From: an uncultured Gammaproteobacteria bacterium
Lineage (GTDB): Bacteria; Patescibacteriota; Patescibacteriia; Magasanikbacterales; UBA922
DNA length: 64,000 bases
Direction of reading: 5' to 3'
NCBI GenBank assembly: GCA_964597575.1
Contig: CAZQXB010000001.1
Span: forward strand, 466,111-530,110
Part shown: positions 19,727 through 29,945 of the stretch, one piece after another
Layout of the letters: every line of letters starts with the position of its first letter
How positions within the stretch are numbered: position 1 is the stretch's first letter
Program-made: the position numbers and the translations under genes
Notes under the pieces: model-generated
Seen by the model: the letters and a program-made list of their open reading frames with translations, nothing else
What the model was told of the DNA's origin: nothing
Database searches by the model: none

Positions 19727-20038
19727 ATGATTGCAGTTATTGAAACAGGCGGCAAACAATATGTTGTTCAAGCCGGCCAAACGATTACGGTTGAGCGTTT
19801 AGACAAAAACGTCGGTGATGTTGTGAGCTTTAAAGTGCTCCTGATTGGAAATGAGGATGGTACTGGCGTAAAAGTCGGTGCTCCTGAGGTGAGTGGTGCT
19901 ATGGTTGCTGGTGAAGTTATCGCCCAGACTCGTGCTCCAAAAATTGACGTGGTGAAATATAAACGCAAAGTTCGCTACACAAAAGTACATGGACATCGCC
20001 AACATCAGAGCCGTGTCAAAATCACTTCCATCAAATAA
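19727..20038 (+). CDS. rplU: 50S ribosomal protein L21
   Basis: AVIETGGKQY and GHRQ motifs. Confidence 0.97.
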   Translation: MIAVIETGGKQYVVQAGQTITVERLDKNVGDVVSFKVLLIGNEDGTGVKVGAPEVSGAMVAGEVIAQTRAPKIDVVKYKRKVRYTKVHGHRQHQSRVKITSIK

Positions 20039-20045
20039 GCAGTAT

Positions 20046-20074
20046 AAAAAATTCCCCGTCATGGGGAATTTTTT
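20046..20074. terminator. bidirectional terminator between rplU and recR
   Basis: AAAAATTCCCC-loop-GGGGAATTTTT. Confidence 0.75.
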
Positions 20075-20092
20075 ATTGGAGAAGTTTTCTCG

Positions 20093-20686
20093 TTAAATTC
20101 TGTGCTTCATGGCACTCGTTAAGGTCATGTCGTCGGCATACTGCAAGTCACTTCCGGTAGGCAAGCCTTTGGCGAGCCGTGACACTTTCACGGGAAGCTT
20201 GGCTGCCTTTATTTTACCTTCAACAAACATCATTGTTGTTTCTCCGGGCAAATTCGGGGAGAGGGCTAAAATAATTTCTGTGGTTTTTTCTTTTTCAATA
20301 CGAGTAAGGAGGGTGTTTATTTCAAGCGCATAGATATGCTCGGGTTCGTCACTCCGAACTGTGCCTCGAAGCACGTGGTATAGCCCTCGGTAGGCGCCGG
20401 TTTTATCGATCGCTTCCATATCCTGAGGCTCCGCAACGACACAAATGGTCGTCGCATCTCGTTTCGTGTCGCGACATCGCTCACAGGGCGATTGGTCAGA
20501 AAAAGTTCGACATCGTTCACAGCTTTTGGCTGTTTCCATGAGGGTTTTGAGTGCCTGCACCAATTCGGCTACATCTTTTTTTCCCGATTTCAACAGATGA
20601 AATACAAAGCGTTCAGCTGTGCGTTTGCCAACTGATGGGAGATGAGAAAATTGCTCGATAAGTTCTTGAATGGGTCGAGAATACAC
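20093..20686 (-). CDS. recR: recombination mediator RecR
   Basis: LPSVGKRTAER, C4 Zn finger, YHVL.G and YADDMTL motifs. Confidence 0.97.
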   Translation of the reverse strand: MYSRPIQELIEQFSHLPSVGKRTAERFVFHLLKSGKKDVAELVQALKTLMETAKSCERCRTFSDQSPCERCRDTKRDATTICVVAEPQDMEAIDKTGAYRGLYHVLRGTVRSDEPEHIYALEINTLLTRIEKEKTTEIILALSPNLPGETTMMFVEGKIKAAKLPVKVSRLAKGLPTGSDLQYADDMTLTSAMKHRI

Positions 20687-20716
20687 AAAACAACAATTCT
20701 CTTTGATTTGAAGTTT

Positions 20717-21016
20717 TTATGAGGTAAGTCCAGGAATGTTTGGCATGCCGCCCATATCTTTCATTTTGGCAGCCATAATGCGCTGTACCTTTTTCAAGGC
20801 TTCAGTATGTGCTTCTTGGATTGATTTTTGAAGTTTTTCTTTTTTGGATACATCTAAAAGGTCAGCGGGGATATCAATACCAGTCATTTCGAGGTTACCA
20901 TTCATGGTCAACTTCACGCCGTTACTTACGGCATCAACGGATTCTGACCCAAGCATATCCTGAATTTTTTTTGCTTGGTCGCGAAGATCTTTGAACTGTT
21001 TGAGCTTTTCGAACAT
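20717..21016 (-). CDS. YbaB/EbfC nucleoid-associated protein
   Basis: 99 aa directly upstream of recR; typical length and pattern. Confidence 0.85.
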   Translation of the reverse strand: MFEKLKQFKDLRDQAKKIQDMLGSESVDAVSNGVKLTMNGNLEMTGIDIPADLLDVSKKEKLQKSIQEAHTEALKKVQRIMAAKMKDMGGMPNIPGLTS

Positions 21017-21038
21017 AGGAAAAGATTAAGAATTTCTA

Positions 21039-22487
21039 TTAAAATTTTGGCATTGCGGGTGGAGCCGATTTCGCCATAGGCGGTGGTGCCGCAGCAACCC
21101 CGGTATTATAGCGTGAATCGAGGTTCATGTAACTTGCCCGCGCCTCATCGAAGAAGAGTTTTACGACCCCGGTTGGACCATTACGGTGTTTGGCAATATG
21201 AATTTCCCCAATATGCCGCTCATCCGGAGGAATTTCTTCTGGGCGGTAGTTACGGTCGGCTGACTTGCGGTAAATGAACATAACCACGTCAGCATCCTGC
21301 TCGATACTACCAGATTCACGCAAATGTGACAACTTCGGAATAGCGGGTTTGCTTTGCTCAACGGCACGAGCAAGCTGAGAAAGGGCAATCACAGGAATAT
21401 TGAGTTCGCGGGCAATCCCTTTTAAATTACGGCTCATTTCGGCTACTTCCTGTACACGGTTATCGCCTTTACTCGGGCGGTGAGACTCCATGAGCTGCAA
21501 ATAATCAATCACCATAAGTCCAAGCCCGTGTTCGGCTTGAAGACGCCTTGCTTTGGTTCGAATTTGCATGACGTTATTTCCTGGGGTGTCGTCGATAAAA
21601 ATAGGGGCATCGGAGAGGACACCCATGGCTCGGCCAATACGGGGAAAATCATCACTGTTTGGACTGTCCGATAAATTTCCGGTGCGCATTTTCCACAAAT
21701 CGACCCCTGCCTCAGCACAAAGCATACGGTCAACCAGCTGTTCTTTACTCATTTCAAGGGAGAAGATGCCAACCGGCACACGCGCTTTTACTGCTGCATA
21801 TCGTGCGATATCAAGAGCAAAGGATGTTTTTCCAACCGCCGGACGGGCAGCCAAGATGATTAAGTCTGATTTTTGAAATCCCGCTAAGAGTGCGTCCAAA
21901 TCGCGGTAGCCGCTTGGAGTTCCTCGAAGTTTGCCTTTTTCGCGATGAAGTTCGTCGATGCGATCAAAGGCTTCGTGAAGGACGGTTTTAATACCGGTGA
22001 ATGTTTGTTTAAGATGTTTTTGGCTAACGCTATAAATGTGTTGCTGAGCCGTATCGAGAAGTCCAGAAAGATCCTCAGCTTCTTCAAAAGAAAGCTTGGT
22101 AATTTCGTGCGCTGCGGTTTGGAGTTTGCGGAGCGTGGCCTTGTGGCGAATAATTGCCGCATACTGTTTAATATGTGATGCTGTTGGTACGCTATTTGAA
22201 ATCGCGACAAGGTAGGGGCGGCCACCAATAAGGTCAAGCTGTTTTCGTTCATCAAGTCGGCTCGAGACTGTTAAAAGGTCGATGGGTTCATTCTTGCTAT
22301 AGAGCTCTAAAATAATTTGATAAATGAGCCCGTGAGCATTTTTATAGAAATCGCCCTCATCAATTTCGTCAGCCACTTTGAGCATGGCGTCTTTATCAAT
22401 CAAAAGGGAGCCGAGAAGAGACATCTCAGCTTCTAAATTTTGAGGAGGAACGCGCTCGACTTGGCCTAAAGGCATCGACATAAGCAC
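21039..22487 (-). CDS. dnaB: replicative DNA helicase
   Basis: PPQNLEAE, AARPAVGKT, IDYLQLM, LRESGSIEQDAD and KHRNGPTG motifs. Confidence 0.98.
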   Translation of the reverse strand: MLMSMPLGQVERVPPQNLEAEMSLLGSLLIDKDAMLKVADEIDEGDFYKNAHGLIYQIILELYSKNEPIDLLTVSSRLDERKQLDLIGGRPYLVAISNSVPTASHIKQYAAIIRHKATLRKLQTAAHEITKLSFEEAEDLSGLLDTAQQHIYSVSQKHLKQTFTGIKTVLHEAFDRIDELHREKGKLRGTPSGYRDLDALLAGFQKSDLIILAARPAVGKTSFALDIARYAAVKARVPVGIFSLEMSKEQLVDRMLCAEAGVDLWKMRTGNLSDSPNSDDFPRIGRAMGVLSDAPIFIDDTPGNNVMQIRTKARRLQAEHGLGLMVIDYLQLMESHRPSKGDNRVQEVAEMSRNLKGIARELNIPVIALSQLARAVEQSKPAIPKLSHLRESGSIEQDADVVMFIYRKSADRNYRPEEIPPDERHIGEIHIAKHRNGPTGVVKLFFDEARASYMNLDSRYNTGVAAAPPPMAKSAPPAMPKF

Positions 22488-22595
22488 TCATTGATGTGGG
22501 AGTATAATATCCCAGTGCACCATCTCTGACAACCGTAAAAAGGGTACAACATGTGGACGGGGTGGGGATGAGGTTGTATGATATCTCTACACCCT

Positions 22596-23672
22596 ATGAA
22601 TGTCTGTATTATCAACCATCTATTTCCTCCGTATCAAGGCGGCGGCGCTGAAACCGTAGCCCGAGGAGAGGCAATCGCGCGCGAAGAAAAAGGCGACCGT
22701 GTGGTTGTGATTACCATGAAAGCCTTCGGAGATAGTTCGGCCAAAGGAAAAGAGATTATCGGTAATATGACGATTTATCGACTTTCCTCCTTCCCAGGTC
22801 TTTTTTACGGACATCTTGGAAAGTATCAATATTTTCACCGCCGGATTTTTTTTCTTACACGTTTTTTTCCCCTGATTACGCTAGGAAAAGTGTGGATTAT
22901 TTTACGAAAAGAAAAGATAGAAGAGGTGCGTACTCATAATGTAGTTGGAATTTCTTTTACTTTAGGCCGACTACTTACCTGGCTTCACATTCCTTTTATT
23001 CATCGGCTCCATGATATTCAGTTAGTAACCCCAAGTGGCGTTCGAGAAGTTGCACGTACGAAGGATACGCCATTTGAACGGGTATATAGTGCTCTTATGC
23101 GGTGGTGCTATGGGAACCCGAAAGAGGTTGTTTCTCCGTCACGATTTTTACGAGAGTGGTACCGTGAACGAGGATTTTTCAAACAAAGTAGTTTTATTAC
23201 GGAAGAAAATCCACCTATTGTAGTGGTACCTCACGGCGGAAAACGAGTGCGTGGGCGGGTTCTTTTTGTGGGGTCTCTTGAGACACACAAGGGAGTCGAT
23301 GTCCTTATGCGGGCTTGGAATACGTTGCCGAGTGGATGCGGATTTACTCTTCATATTGCGGGCCGTGGAGCGCGTCAAGAAAGTTTGTGTGAATGGGCAA
23401 GTTCAAAACGGAACGTGAGTTTGCTCGGATATCTTTCTGGTGCAGCCCTTCAAAAAGAGTTTGAGGAAGCCTCTGTATTTGTCTTTCCTTCTCTTTGTAT
23501 TGAAAATAGCCCTACTGCTATTCGCGAGGCGCTTGCTTATGGTTTACCGGTCGTTGCGGTAGATACTGGAGGGGTTCGAGAGCTTTTGCATATTGGTTCT
23601 GGGTCACTGTTAGTACCACCTAATGATGCCCATGCTATTGGCCGCTCACTTGTTCAGATTCTTCGGGCGTAG
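22596..23672 (+). CDS. glycosyltransferase family 4
   Basis: GGAE, FVGSLETHKG and PSLCIENSPTAIREA (E-x7-E) motifs. Confidence 0.9.
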   Translation: MNVCIINHLFPPYQGGGAETVARGEAIAREEKGDRVVVITMKAFGDSSAKGKEIIGNMTIYRLSSFPGLFYGHLGKYQYFHRRIFFLTRFFPLITLGKVWIILRKEKIEEVRTHNVVGISFTLGRLLTWLHIPFIHRLHDIQLVTPSGVREVARTKDTPFERVYSALMRWCYGNPKEVVSPSRFLREWYRERGFFKQSSFITEENPPIVVVPHGGKRVRGRVLFVGSLETHKGVDVLMRAWNTLPSGCGFTLHIAGRGARQESLCEWASSKRNVSLLGYLSGAALQKEFEEASVFVFPSLCIENSPTAIREALAYGLPVVAVDTGGVRELLHIGSGSLLVPPNDAHAIGRSLVQILRA

Positions 23673-25710
23673 AGGGGAGCGTGTATTCGTATATCCACGC
23701 TCGGCCAGGTCCAATATCAAAGAAGTGTTCTGCTTCTTTTTTTGCTGCATCTCGAAGTTCTGCTGCGGGGTACCAATAATTCGTATGGATAAGATATGCT
23801 TTTTTTACTCCAGCAAAACGCATCGCTTCTTCCATCCACTGTCGTTTTGGCTCCTCGTACACCATTTTTCGAAACCACTGATAGAGAGGGCCGCCTGTTG
23901 GAATCGAATAGATGTAGTGTTCGCCTCCGTCAGCTCCCTGGTGGTAGGTCTTGAAAGAGAATTCTCGAAGAGCTGCTGATGCAACGGTTTGGTTTGTAAG
24001 TACAATGTAGTCAGTTGAAGTACCGTTTCTTTGCTGAATAAAATGAACCGCCTCAATATCTGCTTTGCGAACAGCATACCCAGTGTGTTTTGAAATCTGA
24101 TCGCGAGTAGGGTAGGTAAAATACCAAGAGATCATGAGGAGGAACGCGCTGGCTACAGACCAAACGATCTGCCATGTTCGGTTTTGAAGTCTCGGTAAGG
24201 CTTGTTTTTCGAGTATGTCGAGAAAAAATGGGAAAAAAAGCACAAGGGCAACCGCGAGGAGTCGGGAGGCGTAGGCCCCGCGTTCGTAGTTAATGACTCC
24301 TGGAATCGAGAAAGAGGTGAGGATAATGGCAGACAAACAAATATGTGCCCCAATCAGAAAGAGTACCCACATGTTTTTTTGTTTGCGAGAGAAAAAAAAC
24401 GTAATGACGATAATGATATAGGGGAGAAGAAAACGGTAGGCGTAAAGAATTTGCCATACGAGTGGTTTGCCTTCGTACAGCCACCAGTAGGGTGGAGCAA
24501 GAAGAAGGTTAATAAAATCAGGATGCTGAATAATAGAGGTGAATGTTGGCGAAGCGCCGCCAAGGTATCCGTATGCAATGAGAAGCATCGGTGTAACAAG
24601 AAGGAGAGCGAAAGAGGTGCCGAGCGCTAAGATTCTTTTTTGTTTTTCAAAAAGAATATATGTGCTGAATGCAAAAAACCCTGGGATACCGATAAAGGGG
24701 TGGATACTTGTGGCAGCAATAAGTAGTAAAGCGAGAGGAATGTAGGGCTTTTTCTCATTTTGACTCAAGAATAAAAGAAGGCTTGCAAAGAAAACGAAAC
24801 AGAGCGCAAGATTGTTCGGTGTGGTTTGGATAAAGAAACTGAGTGGCCAGAGAGCAAGAAGGGGAAGAAGGGCAGGGGATTTCTTTTGCAGAAGATAAAG
24901 TGTTGGAAGAAAAACAGCAACGATGAGGGGGAGAAATATCTGATGAATGAGAGAGAGGGGGAGGTGCGTAAATAGGTGAATCGGCACAATAAGCATGTAT
25001 TCCCCAATATAGTAAGGCGTCTTTGGAAAGAGTTCGCCAAATTCAAGAATCCACTTCATGGCTGCTTCGTGAACAAAGGGGTCAAAACCAAATCCATAGG
25101 CAAAAATAAGAGCAGCAACGGAAAGTATTCTTGCGAAGAAAACAGAAAGCAGAATCCCTGCATATTTTCTGTGTGCTCGGAACAAAGTGAAAAGAGTGGT
25201 GAGCGTGACCACGAATGCGACAATAAAAAAACGAGGACCAAAGAGCGTCCACGGGGAAATAAGGGTGTCATCAAATCGGCGGGAAAAAATGATTGCCAGA
25301 AGCGCTCCTTCCCCCGCAAGTGCCGGAAGAAGTGGCCAGAGGTTACTCCATGTTGTTTCGTCCCAAAATTTTAGACCACTTTTTTTCTTTGCTGGGATAC
25401 ACAGGGTAAGGAAGGCGGTGATGACAACTGTCGTGGTCAGGGTTATTTTTGAAAAGCCGTTCGCGTAATAGAGAAGGGTCAGAATACTTGAGACCGCCAG
25501 AAGATAAAAACCGCTTCCCAGAAGCATTTGGGAAAATCGAGGGGCTTCTTTAAAAAGCCACTGCCCTACCCGGCCCCCAACAAGAGCGAAAAAGCCAATC
25601 GTAAGAGGAAGTGCTACAACAACCGGGGTCGGATAAAAAAGATTTACGAGAAGTCCGATTGTCGCAAGAGAGAGGAGGATGGTATACTTGTAGAAGTTTG
25701 TCATAGACAT
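23635..25710 (-). CDS. polytopic membrane protein, GT-C-like
   Basis: Many TM helices, GFDPFVH loop, soluble C-terminal domain; likely start 25710 or 25704. Confidence 0.75.
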   Translation of the reverse strand: MSMTNFYKYTILLSLATIGLLVNLFYPTPVVVALPLTIGFFALVGGRVGQWLFKEAPRFSQMLLGSGFYLLAVSSILTLLYYANGFSKITLTTTVVITAFLTLCIPAKKKSGLKFWDETTWSNLWPLLPALAGEGALLAIIFSRRFDDTLISPWTLFGPRFFIVAFVVTLTTLFTLFRAHRKYAGILLSVFFARILSVAALIFAYGFGFDPFVHEAAMKWILEFGELFPKTPYYIGEYMLIVPIHLFTHLPLSLIHQIFLPLIVAVFLPTLYLLQKKSPALLPLLALWPLSFFIQTTPNNLALCFVFFASLLLFLSQNEKKPYIPLALLLIAATSIHPFIGIPGFFAFSTYILFEKQKRILALGTSFALLLVTPMLLIAYGYLGGASPTFTSIIQHPDFINLLLAPPYWWLYEGKPLVWQILYAYRFLLPYIIIVITFFFSRKQKNMWVLFLIGAHICLSAIILTSFSIPGVINYERGAYASRLLAVALVLFFPFFLDILEKQALPRLQNRTWQIVWSVASAFLLMISWYFTYPTRDQISKHTGYAVRKADIEAVHFIQQRNGTSTDYIVLTNQTVASAALREFSFKTYHQGADGGEHYIYSIPTGGPLYQWFRKMVYEEPKRQWMEEAMRFAGVKKAYLIHTNYWYPAAELRDAAKKEAEHFFDIGPGRAWIYEYTLPSTPEESEQVSGQ

Positions 25711-25728
25711 CCCTATTCTAACAGACCT

Positions 25729-27960
25729 ATGCGGTGGCAGACAATCCGCACCTTGCTGTACGTTCTTCCTTTCCTTTCCATCGTCGGTTTTTTCTGGCGT
25801 GATTTGGGTCAAGCACCGGCCGTGGTAAGTATCATTTCTTTCATTCTTTTTGTTGGGGTTGTTGGTCGACAGTGGGAACATATTTTTGAGCGAGTCTACG
25901 GACTCCGAGAACGGGACATGTTTCGGAGTATTTTGGCTTGGGGATTTGTAGTTCTCATGCTCGGGTTTGGTGTGGGCGCAGCTGTTATTTTTGGCTCTCT
26001 CAAGCCCGGAATCATGCCCTCCATTGCCCTTAGTATTGCAGTGCTTAGTACTGTGGTGTACACCCTCACAACTCGTACTCTTTCGTCAGTGTCACCACCA
26101 GTATCCATTCGACCCGGAAGTGAGCTTTCTGTCTATCGCGTTCCAAAAATCTGGCTTCTCGTGAGTATTGTCCTCGGTTTGGCTATAGTATGGTTTATGG
26201 TTGACGGGAGGAGTGAAGCGTCTTTTTCCACTCCTTGGCAGATACTCCATTCATACATACCGATTTTGGGTTTTCTTCTCTTTGTTGTTCTTGGTGCCCT
26301 CGTCACCTCAAAAACAAAAATTAGCCGGGTGCTTTTTGGAATTGTTTTCGCCTCGTTTGTACTTCATGCATACGTACCGCTCTCTCATGTGCTGCCTTGG
26401 GGTGGGGATATTTGGCGGCATATGGCGACCGAATCAATTCTCATTGAGGAGAATTCGTATGGGCCAGTTCTTTTTGGTGCTGAAGTTACGTTTAAAGAAG
26501 TGCGTGGAATACTTGTGCCTGAAGTTTTTTTTGCTACTCACAAATTTACCTACGGGCAGTTTTGGGGTCTTTCCGTTTTTCTTCATCGTTTCTTAGGTCT
26601 TGATCTTATTTCCCTCGGCATCTGGCTTGGTCCGCTTCTTTGGAGCTTGCTTGTGCCTTTGCTTTTGTTTCGTATCGGGGCAGTTCTTTTTGGATCTTGG
26701 CGACACGCGCTTCTCCTTGCTGCACTTTCTCTCCTTCCGTTTTCTCTGCAGGCGGTGGGCGGGTTTACGCTTCCGATAACACTCGGATACATTTCATTTT
26801 TGTACGGCCTTCTTTTCTGGGTTACGCGCCAGCGGGACAAGTATACTCCACAAACGGTACTCGCAATCTGTTGGGGTGTGCTTATGACGTGCGGATATGT
26901 TGTTCCAGTCATCTTATGGTGGACCATGGTTTTTGGAACGCTCCTTGTTTCTTTTCTGTTTGCGCCGACAAAATATATTCTCAGTAAAATAGGAAAAGGT
27001 TTCCTTCTTGGTCTTGGGGTTGCGTTTTCTTTGTGTCTTTTTCCACTCCTCGAAATTGTTTTAGGTTTATCCGCATTTCCTACGCAGGTTGCCTGGCGCG
27101 ATCTTATATTCCGAATCGTGGGGGAGTGGAGTGGATTCTACTATGCTGATCTTATTCGTCCTCACGACATCCTTTCTGGAAATGTGTTATTTAATCATAC
27201 ACCTCTCGAAGCCTTTGTAGATTCACCTTTTACTCGAGTGCGATGGCATGTTGTTTTTCTTTCCTTAGGGTTTCTTCTTCTTTCGCTCATTGGTTTTTGG
27301 CGAGCGACGGCTCTTCGTGTTAAGCAATGGATACCACTTTTGGTTCTGGGGCTGACCATGGTTGGAGGGTATACGATCAGCTGGTATGGTCTTTTGGGTG
27401 AGCATAGTTTTGTTCGTCGATTTGACCCGATGCTTGCCATACTTCTCCTTTGTTTTGCCATTGCCGGAGGCATAGTTGTTTTTCGAAATATGAATCCGTC
27501 TTTAAAAACTCTGCTTATTCCCATGAGCATTTTGTTTTTGGCTTTTTCGACCGTTACTATTTGGATGAGTGGCCCAGATACCCGTGTTCTCAGTGTTTCC
27601 GCAGTCGAGGCTGCTTTTGAAGTAGCGGAAACAAACCCTTCGTGTGTGCTGTCCGACACATGGGAGCTCTTACCACTTGAGTATGCGCTTCAAGGGAGTT
27701 TGATTGGGGGAGGGTTTCCGATTACGCACTTATTTGGGCAGTCAGAACGCACCGAGCTTTATGCGGAATTCGTAAGTACAAGTACACCGAGCATGGTCTA
27801 CGAAAAAGTGAGGCAGGTGTTACAGCAAGAGCACTGCGCAATTTTTGTGCCAAAAGAAAAAATGCGACCTGAGGCCATTGCTGATGTGGCGAGAAATTTG
27901 GGTCAGCCACAAGAAGTGGGGTCGTATTTACTGTGGCTTGCGCCACCGAGGCAGCTGTAG
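25729..27960 (+). CDS. polytopic membrane protein, GT-C-like
   Basis: Many TM helices, GGDIWRH loop; architecture parallels the divergent neighbour. Confidence 0.75.
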   Translation: MRWQTIRTLLYVLPFLSIVGFFWRDLGQAPAVVSIISFILFVGVVGRQWEHIFERVYGLRERDMFRSILAWGFVVLMLGFGVGAAVIFGSLKPGIMPSIALSIAVLSTVVYTLTTRTLSSVSPPVSIRPGSELSVYRVPKIWLLVSIVLGLAIVWFMVDGRSEASFSTPWQILHSYIPILGFLLFVVLGALVTSKTKISRVLFGIVFASFVLHAYVPLSHVLPWGGDIWRHMATESILIEENSYGPVLFGAEVTFKEVRGILVPEVFFATHKFTYGQFWGLSVFLHRFLGLDLISLGIWLGPLLWSLLVPLLLFRIGAVLFGSWRHALLLAALSLLPFSLQAVGGFTLPITLGYISFLYGLLFWVTRQRDKYTPQTVLAICWGVLMTCGYVVPVILWWTMVFGTLLVSFLFAPTKYILSKIGKGFLLGLGVAFSLCLFPLLEIVLGLSAFPTQVAWRDLIFRIVGEWSGFYYADLIRPHDILSGNVLFNHTPLEAFVDSPFTRVRWHVVFLSLGFLLLSLIGFWRATALRVKQWIPLLVLGLTMVGGYTISWYGLLGEHSFVRRFDPMLAILLLCFAIAGGIVVFRNMNPSLKTLLIPMSILFLAFSTVTIWMSGPDTRVLSVSAVEAAFEVAETNPSCVLSDTWELLPLEYALQGSLIGGGFPITHLFGQSERTELYAEFVSTSTPSMVYEKVRQVLQQEHCAIFVPKEKMRPEAIADVARNLGQPQEVGSYLLWLAPPRQL

Positions 27961-27980
27961 TATGCTTCTCGTATTACCGT

Positions 27981-28385
27981 ATGTCTGAGACTCTTTTCTC
28001 CAAAATTATTCGCCGTGAAATTCCTGCTCATGTAGTTTACGAGGACGCGGCGGCCATAGCATTTCTTGATATTCACCCCATTGCCAAAGGGCATACTCTT
28101 GTCGTTCCAAAAGAACCTGCGGCCACCATTTTTGACTTAAGTGGAGAGGCATTTCTCGGGCTTATGAAGGCGGTAAGAGCGACTACTGAGCGTCTTCAGA
28201 CGGTTCTTACGCCTGATGGTTTTACGATTGGGTGGAATCATGGTGAGGCTGGTGGCCAGGCCATTCCTCATGTGCATGTTCATATTTTGCCGCGGTGGCA
28301 TGGGGACGGAGGAAAAAGTATGCATGCGGTGGTTGATGCCCCCGGTGAAGAACCGCCCGAGGAACTTATTAAACGTTTTGCCTAA
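27981..28385 (+). CDS. HIT family hydrolase
   Basis: FLDIHP, GHTLVVPK and HVHVHILPR motifs. Confidence 0.95.
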   Translation: MSETLFSKIIRREIPAHVVYEDAAAIAFLDIHPIAKGHTLVVPKEPAATIFDLSGEAFLGLMKAVRATTERLQTVLTPDGFTIGWNHGEAGGQAIPHVHVHILPRWHGDGGKSMHAVVDAPGEEPPEELIKRFA

Positions 28386-28395
28386 AAAATTTGCT

Positions 28396-28800
28396 ATGGC
28401 CCCGCGAGATTTCATTGAACGTTTTGTCCTTCTCAAAGATTCTTCTCGCCCTGGCCGTATTCTTGAAACTGCTAAAGTAGGGGATGTGTATGTAACCCGT
28501 GTCACTATTCGTCCAGGCCGGGTGACCGGAAATATTTTTCATAAAAAAACCAGTTTTATTCAATTTGTGACATCTGGAAAAGTTGAGTTTACGGTAAAGC
28601 AAATGAAAACGGGCGAAGAGTCGACGATTAGTATGACCCCGGAGAGCGGTATCGTGCATGTTCCGCCGAACGTGGCGGTAGCCACCAAGAATGTTTCAAA
28701 AAAATCAGCAGTGGTTGTGTATTTTTCAAATCGACAGTTTCGCTCCGGAGACGATTACCCTCATGTTCTTGTTGAGAAAGCTCATAAAGATAAAGAGTAA
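28396..28800 (+). CDS. cupin-fold protein, possibly sugar-nucleotide isomerase
   Basis: TGNIFHK and VHVPPNVA motifs; directly upstream of rfbB. Confidence 0.6.
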   Translation: MAPRDFIERFVLLKDSSRPGRILETAKVGDVYVTRVTIRPGRVTGNIFHKKTSFIQFVTSGKVEFTVKQMKTGEESTISMTPESGIVHVPPNVAVATKNVSKKSAVVVYFSNRQFRSGDDYPHVLVEKAHKDKE

Positions 28801-28801
28801 T

Positions 28802-29770
28802 ATGAATATCGTTGTGACCGGAGGGGCTGGTTTTATTGGCTCTCATTTCATTCGCTACACCCTTGAAAAGTATCCAGAAGATCGGGTCGTGAATGTGGAT
28901 GCTTTAACCTACGCCGGGAATCCTGAAAATGTGGGCGAATGGGAGCGAAATTCAAGATACGCTTTTGTTCACGGTGATATTACGGATGAAGTATTGATAG
29001 ACCGTGTGTTCGCTGAAGCCGACGCTGTGGTTCATTTTGCAGCCGAGAGCCATGTGGATCGTTCTATTGCAGACCCGACTGCGTTTCTTAAAACAAATAT
29101 CCTTGGAACCGAAGTGCTCCTTCGTGCGGCAAAAAAGCGCGGACTTCGTTTTCATCATGTGTCGACCGATGAAGTGTTTGGGGCGCTTGGTCCAAAAGAT
29201 CCGCCCTTTACTGAAAAAACGCCGTACGACCCGCGCAGTCCGTACTCTGCTTCGAAAGCATCTTCTGATCATTTGGTGCGTGCTTATTTTCATACCTATC
29301 ATCTTCCGGTTACTATTTCGAATTGTTCGAATAATTACGGTCCAAACATGTACCCGGAAAAAATTATTCCGCTGTTTATCTCCCGTTTGCTTGATGGGAA
29401 AAAAGTACCAGTGTATGGTGACGGGCAACAAGTGCGTGATTGGATTTATGTGGAGGATCATGTGCGAGGGGTCGATATGGCCTTGCGTCATGGAAAACTT
29501 GGCGAGACATATTGTTTTGGTGGCGGAAATGAATGGGCAAATATTGATTTGACCAAAAAATTATTAGAACTTTTAGGAAAAGATGAATCGTCGATTGAGT
29601 ATGTGACAGATCGGCCTGGGCACGATCGACGCTATGCCATTGATTTTTCGAAGGCGACAGCTGAACTCGGCTGGAAACCCGAAGTTTCGTTTGAAGAAGG
29701 GCTTAAAAAGACCGTTGATTGGTATGTTCATAATCCGGGGTTTTTGGCTCGCGCCCATACCCAGAAGTAA
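28802..29770 (+). CDS. rfbB: dTDP-glucose 4,6-dehydratase
   Basis: GGAGFIGS, AAESHVDRSI, STDEV, YSASK and DRPGHDRRY motifs. Confidence 0.97.
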   Translation: MNIVVTGGAGFIGSHFIRYTLEKYPEDRVVNVDALTYAGNPENVGEWERNSRYAFVHGDITDEVLIDRVFAEADAVVHFAAESHVDRSIADPTAFLKTNILGTEVLLRAAKKRGLRFHHVSTDEVFGALGPKDPPFTEKTPYDPRSPYSASKASSDHLVRAYFHTYHLPVTISNCSNNYGPNMYPEKIIPLFISRLLDGKKVPVYGDGQQVRDWIYVEDHVRGVDMALRHGKLGETYCFGGGNEWANIDLTKKLLELLGKDESSIEYVTDRPGHDRRYAIDFSKATAELGWKPEVSFEEGLKKTVDWYVHNPGFLARAHTQK

Positions 29771-29833
29771 GGAAAAGAGGAAATTTTACGATTTTAGTTA
29801 AAAAATAGGCTTTCTTTAGCCGAAAATGAGAGG

Positions 29834-29862
29834 TTGACAATCTCTTGTTTTTGTGCTATAGT
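29834..29862 (+). promoter_or_regulatory. consensus sigma70 promoter
   Basis: TTGACA-N17-TATAGT with extended -10 TG. Confidence 0.8.
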
Positions 29863-29945
29863 TAATTGTTTCCCGGACCAACGTGTGGGTCCAGGAATCC
29901 TCCGTTTTGGAGTAAAAAAATCACACACATTGAGGAGAGGGACTC

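Noticed and set aside
25528-25881. Apparent 354-bp antisense overlap of two large ORFs
   Set aside because: Artefact of longest-ORF starts; plausible starts at 25710 and 25729 do not overlap.
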